From Candidatus Staskawiczbacteria bacterium (GTDB lineage: Bacteria; Patescibacteriota; Minisyncoccia; Minisyncoccales; Staskawiczbacteraceae), in the NCBI GenBank assembly GCA_026395175.1, contig JAPLZF010000009.1, positions 82,083 through 146,082 of the forward strand: a stretch of 64,000 nucleotides of DNA, read 5' to 3'. A program made the position numbers and the translations under genes. Below the pieces are notes generated by a model. The model was not told the DNA's origin and searched no databases. It worked only from the letters and a program-made list of their open reading frames with translations. Shown here piece after piece: positions 57,913 through 64,000 of the stretch (its first letter is position 1; each line of letters opens with the position of its first letter).

Positions 57913-58412
57913 ACCTAGTGTTCTTCGCGCTTCGCCACAGAAGAGGAAGTAGTACAATACACTACACACGACAAACAACACGATCAACCTGGCGAAAGGA
58001 GGGCCAATAAGCAAGACCCACGAACACTCTTCTGATGAAGAGGCCGAAGACACGATGAGGTGTAGTATAGCCACCATTGTTGTGGCACGCGACGAAGTCG
58101 GAAGACGACAAGGCAAGGAGAACTTCCATGATGCACCGGACAATGATGAAGCGAATCGTCGGCCTGACGATCGCAACGGCCGAAGTAGTGCGCGGTGTCG
58201 AGAGCAACATCGGCGTAACGGCCGGCTAGGTCCAAGTTGCTGTGACCTTGATGGTTGTGTGGCTGGGCTGCCCGCGGGCGAAATTGCTTGCTTCGGCGAG
58301 CGATATCCGGTGGGCAGCCCGCTCACAACAACAGTTCTTTGACATCAACCAGTCCTATCGCATGATAGGACATAACCCAGGAGCAACAACACACACGTTG
58401 CTCAATTTTTTT
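57913..58412 (+). ncRNA. Candidate large structured RNA with embedded 33-aa ORF
   Basis: GC-rich, many helices, promoter upstream, hairpin plus U-tract at the end. Confidence 0.5.
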
Positions 58413-58457
58413 ACAAAAAAACAAGCCTTTTAATAAGACTTGCTTTAAAATTTAAAT

Positions 58458-59429
58458 TTATTTGACTCGCGAGAATCTGGTAAAGCCGGAGCACGGGACA
58501 ATTTCAATTCCCTGTTTTTCCAATTCATCCATAAACAAATTAACTCCCAAAGAATCAGAAGAAATATGTCCGGCAATTACAATGTTAACATGGGCAGACT
58601 CTGCCTCTTTTTTGTGCTCTTCAGAAATATGCATTGCAATTGATGTGCCAATTCCAGCTTGCGCCATTTTTTCATACATTTTTGGCGAGCCCTCTGTGCC
58701 TCCTGTAATCTCAGACATGGCAATTTTTCCGCATCTGTTTTCTGAGCTTCCCACAAATATCTTAGGGCCCACTCCAATTTTCATCGCCTCCTTATATTCC
58801 GGTATTTCTTTTAAAATGTTTATTATTTCTCCAACTGTTTGTGGTTTTTTTGCTTCAAGCAAATCTTTCAAAAATTTTGCAGCTAAGTTGTCGCAAGGAG
58901 TGTGAGAATTCATTAAATTAACTTTCATAAGCCTGGCCGAGTCAACTGTTCTTTGATGGTTTGAGGCATTAAGGCCCCTGGCAACTTCAGAAATTCTTTC
59001 TTTCATCAAGCCCTCGGCAACATTAATTGGCACGCCATAATAGTTGTAAACATCTGCCTGCAATTCCATAACATCGGCCAGTTGGGCCAATCCTTTTCCA
59101 ATTGGATGATGGGCAATAACTAAATCTATCCCTCCTCCGTCGGGACCTGCGGTATCACTCAATTCTTTTGCCATCAAAATTTCTGCAGGAGCGATGTCAA
59201 TTCCAACCAAAACTTTCTTGATTTCTTTGTCATCGGCAATATTATAAATGCCAGAATCCAAGTAAGGGTTTTCCAAGGCGTCCTTATCAAACTCTTCTTT
59301 GTCTTTTTCCGACAATCTATCAAATGCGCGCCTTTTATTATCCAATAATTTCTGCACGCCCTCTTTGCCCCTAAAATCGGACTCAACCCCCATTTTAAGC
59401 GCTAAATTAAAAATATCTTGTATCTTCAT
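58458..59429 (-). CDS. NIF3-like protein
   Basis: IAHHP, HTPCD, AGHISSDSLG. Confidence 0.85.
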   Translation of the reverse strand: MKIQDIFNLALKMGVESDFRGKEGVQKLLDNKRRAFDRLSEKDKEEFDKDALENPYLDSGIYNIADDKEIKKVLVGIDIAPAEILMAKELSDTAGPDGGGIDLVIAHHPIGKGLAQLADVMELQADVYNYYGVPINVAEGLMKERISEVARGLNASNHQRTVDSARLMKVNLMNSHTPCDNLAAKFLKDLLEAKKPQTVGEIINILKEIPEYKEAMKIGVGPKIFVGSSENRCGKIAMSEITGGTEGSPKMYEKMAQAGIGTSIAMHISEEHKKEAESAHVNIVIAGHISSDSLGVNLFMDELEKQGIEIVPCSGFTRFSRVK

Positions 59430-59430
59430 A

Positions 59431-59562
59431 TTATTTTACAGGGTTAAGTTTGTTATACATTTCTTTAATCAATTCTTCCTGTTTTTTTATATCCCAAAAC
59501 TGGCGCCTTATTTGCGCTTTTTGGTTGCGGATAAATTTTTTCTCAGATTTTGAATATTTCAT
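59431..59562 (-). CDS. Small hypothetical protein (43 aa)
   Basis: MKYSKSEKKFIRNQKAQIRR..., stop abuts the next gene. Confidence 0.55.
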   Translation of the reverse strand: MKYSKSEKKFIRNQKAQIRRQFWDIKKQEELIKEMYNKLNPVK

Positions 59563-59682
59563 AATATATTACCTTAACACAAAATTAAAATTTTTGCAAT
59601 AATAAAAAAGCCCAATGCAAATACGATGAAATGCAAAGGGCAAAAATTCTGGGGAAAAATAGATTGAGGCGATGACCGCAAC

Positions 59683-60204
59683 TCAGTAAAAGTACAGCGT
59701 CACAGAATCTATCTCAATTCCGTAACCATCCCCTCCACTGATGACCAAATAGAGGATACGGTCATCACCACCGCTCTCGACATTGGCCGGGCCGATTTTG
59801 AGGCTTTCAGAAAAAACATTCCAGCCGTTGCCCCCGCTACCGGTACTGCCGGCTGTGAACGAGCCGATAAACTCGGCCCCGACGGCGAGCGTCACCCGTT
59901 CGGATATAGGACTGCCATTATCGTTCGAATACCTGACGCTAACCCACAACTTGGTGGCGCCCGGCGGGACGGAGAAATTCTTATCAATTGACTCGCCGGC
60001 ACGCAGGTGAACCGTCCAATCGTTCTGGGCGTTGCCCCGTTGCTGTTTATAACCGTCTCCTTCAAACTTCTCCGCCGGGATTTGTACCTGTTTGAGCAAG
60101 GGACCGCTTAATAACGGCTGAAGCAGAGAACAGCCCGTCATTACCGGCGCTGTTAACAGCAGCGCCATTGCCAACACCATAAACCACCACTTCGATTTCT
60201 TCAT
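59683..60204 (-). CDS. Putative lipoprotein with beta-sandwich domain
   Basis: Signal peptide with MTGC lipobox; AGGAGG SD; GC-rich. Confidence 0.7.
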   Translation of the reverse strand: MKKSKWWFMVLAMALLLTAPVMTGCSLLQPLLSGPLLKQVQIPAEKFEGDGYKQQRGNAQNDWTVHLRAGESIDKNFSVPPGATKLWVSVRYSNDNGSPISERVTLAVGAEFIGSFTAGSTGSGGNGWNVFSESLKIGPANVESGGDDRILYLVISGGDGYGIEIDSVTLYFY

Positions 60205-60240
60205 GACCTTTACCCTCCTGTGTTGCTTAAGCTGCTGCTA

Positions 60241-60333
60241 TAGCAGTCATAGCCAGAAAACACCGACTAATAATATCAGTATCTTTTGGCTACAACTGCT
60301 AATTTCGCAAGTAATTTTTAAGTGTAAATGTGC
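60241..60333 (-). promoter_or_regulatory. Long-hairpin 5' leader element, copy 2
   Basis: Near-identical to 1112-1198. Confidence 0.75.
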
Positions 60334-60340
60334 TGATTTA

Positions 60341-61588
60341 TCAAGTTTTCGAATTCAATGCGTCTCTGGCAATTTGGCGGTCATCCCATGGAATTTTTTT
60401 CCCGTTTGCTAAACACATTAAAGGCTCTGAACCTTTTCCGGTTATAATAACCACGTCACTCGGCTTTGCTATTTTTATTGCTTTTCCTATTGCTTCTTTT
60501 CTGTCTAAAATCTTTTCAGCCTTATCTCCTGCAGTTTCTGCAACTTGGTTTATAATTTCCATTGGGTCTTCATCGTAAGGGTCTTCGTTGGTGATTATAA
60601 TTTTATTGCAATATTTTTTTGCAATTTCTCCCAAAACAGGCCTTCTCCATTTGTCTCTGCCTCCTCCTGTTCCACCTAAAACGCAAATTAAATTTTTGCC
60701 TTCAAACGTTTTATACACTTTTTCTAAAGCATCTGGAGTAAATGCGAAATCAACAAAAACTTTAAATGGTTCAGAAACAACTTCTTCCATCCTGCCTGGG
60801 ATCCCTTTTGTCTTTCCCAGGGCTTTTCTGCAGACTTCTAAACTAATACCATAATTTTTCGCAACATTTATTGCGGCCAGAGCATTATAAATATTAAATG
60901 ATCCTAAAATATTAATATTAAATTTTTGTCCCTCCAGCTCAAAACTTGTGCCATTATTAAAACTTATATTTTTTGCATCCTGAACGCTAAAACTTATTAT
61001 TTTACGTGCTTTAATATCTAAAAAGTATCTTGAATTTTCATCATCTCTATTTATAACGTGGATGTTTCTTCCTGCCCGGAATAACTTTAATTTTTCGTTT
61101 CTGTAATTTTCAAAACCTCCGTGGCTTTCAATATGCTCTGGAGTTAAATTTATAAAAACAACTGCATCAAAATTTATAAACTTGTGCCTGAATTGCCTTA
61201 TTCCTTCTGAAGTAACTTCCAAAACAACATAATTGCACCCGGCCTTTTTTGCTTGGCTCAAAAGCTTTTGTATTACAAATCTTCCGGGCATTGTCATTTT
61301 GTATTTATTTTCCCATTCTTTGTCTGCAACTTTAAATCTGATAGAAGACACAGATGCAACTTTGTTTTCAGACCTGCCTTGAGGCATCTCGAAGGGTTCT
61401 TCTAAAATTCTTGTTATAAAATCCGTGGTTGTAGATTTTCCGCTGGTGCCGGTGACTCCAATAATTTTCATATTTTTAGAGTATCCTGGAAACCCAAAAA
61501 TTACAGCTCCCAAAAGCGCCCAACAAAAATGATAGAATCTCAATAAAAACTTCGGTATAATTTTTTTAACAAATTCTTTAAATGTCAT
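60341..61588 (-). CDS. murE: Mur ligase (MurE-like)
   Basis: GVTGTSGKST, EVTS, PGRME, GGGRD..RP, NEDP. Confidence 0.88.
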   Translation of the reverse strand: MTFKEFVKKIIPKFLLRFYHFCWALLGAVIFGFPGYSKNMKIIGVTGTSGKSTTTDFITRILEEPFEMPQGRSENKVASVSSIRFKVADKEWENKYKMTMPGRFVIQKLLSQAKKAGCNYVVLEVTSEGIRQFRHKFINFDAVVFINLTPEHIESHGGFENYRNEKLKLFRAGRNIHVINRDDENSRYFLDIKARKIISFSVQDAKNISFNNGTSFELEGQKFNINILGSFNIYNALAAINVAKNYGISLEVCRKALGKTKGIPGRMEEVVSEPFKVFVDFAFTPDALEKVYKTFEGKNLICVLGGTGGGRDKWRRPVLGEIAKKYCNKIIITNEDPYDEDPMEIINQVAETAGDKAEKILDRKEAIGKAIKIAKPSDVVIITGKGSEPLMCLANGKKIPWDDRQIARDALNSKT

Positions 61589-61758
61589 TTTTTCCAGTCT
61601 TTAATAATCAGGTGTCTTCCTTTCAGCTCAACAGAAACTTTCTGATGCTCTTTCCAACCTAGTTTTTCCATAATTTCAATAGGCAAAGTTAAACCCATAC
61701 TAAATCCTGCTCCCATATTAGTAAGTTTTCTTATATTTTTTTCTTTCAAAACTCTCAT
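61585..61758 (-). CDS. AbrB/MazE-like small DNA-binding protein (57 aa)
   Basis: RKLTNMG..SMGLTLPIEIMEKLGW..QKVSV. Confidence 0.7.
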   Translation of the reverse strand: MRVLKEKNIRKLTNMGAGFSMGLTLPIEIMEKLGWKEHQKVSVELKGRHLIIKDWKK

Positions 61759-61809
61759 ATTATTTTCCTACTTACATATTTCAGTAGTGATGTAAGTAGC
61801 ATTTTTTAT

Positions 61810-61953
61810 TTACTCAATCACTTCTTCAATTTTAGTAGCATAAACAAGTTTATCTTTTATCCATTCAATGAAATTGCTTAATGCCTGCTCCTTATCATCG
61901 GATTCAACCTCCATCTGCTCGTTTATTTTACATTTAATATTATATTTTTTCAT
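61810..61953 (-). CDS. Small hypothetical protein (47 aa)
   Basis: Open frame MKKYNIKCKINEQMEVESDD... Confidence 0.4.
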   Translation of the reverse strand: MKKYNIKCKINEQMEVESDDKEQALSNFIEWIKDKLVYATKIEEVIE

Positions 61954-61998
61954 ATTTTTTACTTTGAAATTACAAAAATTATTTTATAAAACAAATAA

Positions 61999-62826
61999 CT
62001 AAAAATTTAATAACTTAATTTGCTGTTCCTCTAATCTTTTTCTATTTTTTACAAACTCTAATTTAAATTCTGTTTTAATTTCTCCATTATTTTCCAATCT
62101 ATCTAAAATCATTTTGTAATACTTCTGATGTATTTCGCAAGAAATAAAATTTCTTTTCAAATCCTTGCATTTTATAATCTCCGAACCGCTTCCACCAAAC
62201 AATACAAAAACATTGTCCCCCTCTTTTGTGCTTGCTTTTATTAGCATTTCAACTAATCCTAAAGGTATTTGACAGGAATGGAAAGTTTTATCTTTGGAAA
62301 CATTTTTAACTAAATCAAAATAAAACCAAGAATATGGCATTCTGCCCAAACTACCATTTTCGATTCTATTTTGAATCCTTCTGTCGTTTGGATTTTGGTA
62401 GGGCAATGCAATTTGATCCTTGTAAAAATTATTATTCTTTGTTTTAGTAGCATGTAAAATAATCCTATGAGCAGTGGTAAATTTTTTATCGCTATGACCA
62501 ATATTCGAATTATAGACCCAAACATAATCATTTACTGAAAAAGCATTGTCATCTAAAAATTTCACTCTTAAATAAGCGTTTTGTTTTGGATAATTCATCA
62601 TAAATAAATTCCCAGTTGGTTTTAATACCCTTATACATTCTTGTGTAAGTTTAATATACCAATCAATATACTTATTCCATTCAGCGGTAAATTTTTTGCC
62701 GGCATAATTTATGCCAACATTATAATCCGGGTCTCCATAAACCATATCAATAGAATTATCTGGCATTCTCTTCAAAACTTCTAAAATGTCCTCATTAAAA
62801 ATTTTATTTGTAAAACTATCTGTCAT
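61999..62826 (-). CDS. N4/N6 DNA methyltransferase
   Basis: DPDY motif IV variant, FGGSGS motif I. Confidence 0.88.
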   Translation of the reverse strand: MTDSFTNKIFNEDILEVLKRMPDNSIDMVYGDPDYNVGINYAGKKFTAEWNKYIDWYIKLTQECIRVLKPTGNLFMMNYPKQNAYLRVKFLDDNAFSVNDYVWVYNSNIGHSDKKFTTAHRIILHATKTKNNNFYKDQIALPYQNPNDRRIQNRIENGSLGRMPYSWFYFDLVKNVSKDKTFHSCQIPLGLVEMLIKASTKEGDNVFVLFGGSGSEIIKCKDLKRNFISCEIHQKYYKMILDRLENNGEIKTEFKLEFVKNRKRLEEQQIKLLNF

Positions 62827-63662
62827 TTTTTGTTTTGATTTATTAAGTTATACCTAACTGACTTTAAAAATTTAATTGAAGTTATATCTTTCGGATTAGC
62901 AAAAGTGTAAGCGTATAAATTAAGCGCATCAAATTCTTTTTGCTTTTCTCTAACCACATAAATACAAATAATTTCTTTTATTTTTGATTTTAATTCTGGT
63001 TTTTGCTTCGCTTGCCAATAATAAAGAAAGGGATGATAAATTTGGTATATCGAAAAATTAGTTGGCTTACCATTTTTTGCCTCAAAAATTCCTATTTTAC
63101 CGTTAAATTCAATGGTTAAATCAATCTCAATTTGGACCTTATTCAATTTTACCCCTATATTATTCCCAAAATTATATTCTAAATTAGCTTTTGTTCTGTG
63201 AGGAAAATATGTTTTGGGTCTGCTGTCAATGTCTGAATTATCAAACTCTTTATCCTGACCAAATAAAAAATGATGCAAAATTCTTTGGTTGTTCGCAACC
63301 GACAAAATATTTGATTCGCTAGTATTATATTGATTCAAAACTGACTTTCTATATTGCCAATCAATTACCTTTTCTATCGGCTCAAAATTATGATAAATCT
63401 TTTCTATATTTTTAATAAACTGATGTTTCCCGCTTCCTAAATGAATAAGGGCAAAATCTTCTTTTTGCAAAGCAACGGGCAATTTTTCTTTAGTATCCAA
63501 TTTCGTAGCATCAAAATGATTTTGGAAGCCAACTCTTTTAGAAACAGCTTTAACTAAATCGTTATTAAAAACAAAATTGTTTTTATCTTTGCAAATTTTA
63601 AAAATTACCGACAAAACTTTTTTCTTTCTATTCTCTCTTTTTAAAATCTTTTTAGCTTTCAC
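62823..63662 (-). CDS. Putative type II restriction endonuclease
   Basis: QIEID...FEAKN..QIY.P motif; overlaps the MTase start. Confidence 0.7.
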   Translation of the reverse strand: MKAKKILKRENRKKKVLSVIFKICKDKNNFVFNNDLVKAVSKRVGFQNHFDATKLDTKEKLPVALQKEDFALIHLGSGKHQFIKNIEKIYHNFEPIEKVIDWQYRKSVLNQYNTSESNILSVANNQRILHHFLFGQDKEFDNSDIDSRPKTYFPHRTKANLEYNFGNNIGVKLNKVQIEIDLTIEFNGKIGIFEAKNGKPTNFSIYQIYHPFLYYWQAKQKPELKSKIKEIICIYVVREKQKEFDALNLYAYTFANPKDITSIKFLKSVRYNLINQNKK

Positions 63663-63682
63663 AATTTTTATTTTTAATAATA

Positions 63683-64000
63683 TTATTTGCCTAAATGTTT
63701 TAGAGCAATTTTTATACGTTCTTCCGGGTTTTTTATAGAATCTGAAACTTTGCTCAAGGCGTCTCTTGCCTGTTGTTTTGAAAAGCCAAGTTGAGTCAAA
63801 GCATCTTCGGCTTCGTCTTTAGAACCTTTTTTATTTCCCAGCATTTTTATTTTTCCTGTAAGTTCTAAAATTATTGTCATAGCTTTTTTTGAACCAATAC
63901 CAGGAATGCCCTCAAATATTTTCTCGTCTTGTTTTAAAATTCTGTCTTTTATTTTTTCCAAAGAACCCAAAGCCGAAATATCTAAGGCCGACTTTGGCCC
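63683..64000 (-). CDS. ruvA: Holliday junction branch migration protein RuvA (3' part)
   Basis: IPGIG.KKA..IILEL.GK, AL..LGF. Confidence 0.9.
   Translation of the reverse strand, partial: GPKSALDISALGSLEKIKDRILKQDEKIFEGIPGIGSKKAMTIILELTGKIKMLGNKKGSKDEAEDALTQLGFSKQQARDALSKVSDSIKNPEERIKIALKHLGK

Noticed and set aside
57913-58412. RNase P or SRP RNA
   Set aside because: GAGGAAG is present but the P4 partner motif and the SRP domain IV motif were not found
59683-60204. Lipoprotein as a third DGR target
   Set aside because: Shares the leader but I found no repeat matching its 3' end in the window

Overview
AT-rich bacterial chromosome segment with compact, mostly minus-strand housekeeping genes (nrdDG, ftsZA, hisS, leuS, metG, glyQS, ileS, argS, topA, mfd, RelA/SpoT, glyA, smpB-ssrA, infC-rpmI-rplT, polX, murE, ruvA). 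Gene content and style suggest a Patescibacteria/CPR (Parcubacteria-like) genome; this is inference. The main discovery is two separate diversity-generating retroelement (DGR) cassettes (~1-1245 and ~17840-19146). Each pairs its own template repeat (TR) with a variable repeat (VR) in a target gene, and the mismatches fall almost entirely at TR adenines. No reverse transcriptase or Avd gene is present in the window, and cassette 2 is fully enclosed by pth and mfd. In both cassettes the space normally holding avd contains a homologous ~210-nt non-coding segment with compensatory base changes and its own -10 element, a candidate structured DGR RNA leader. Other notable items: a hairpin leader shared by the DGR targets and a lipoprotein gene, a ~490-nt GC-rich candidate structured RNA at 57.9-58.4 kb, a tmRNA overlapping the smpB stop codon, palindromic elements inserted in-frame in many core genes, a DUF2829/Tad2-like solo gene, an atypical FtsZ and two putative restriction-modification pairs. 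Protein calls come from motif recognition by eye; no database searches were run.
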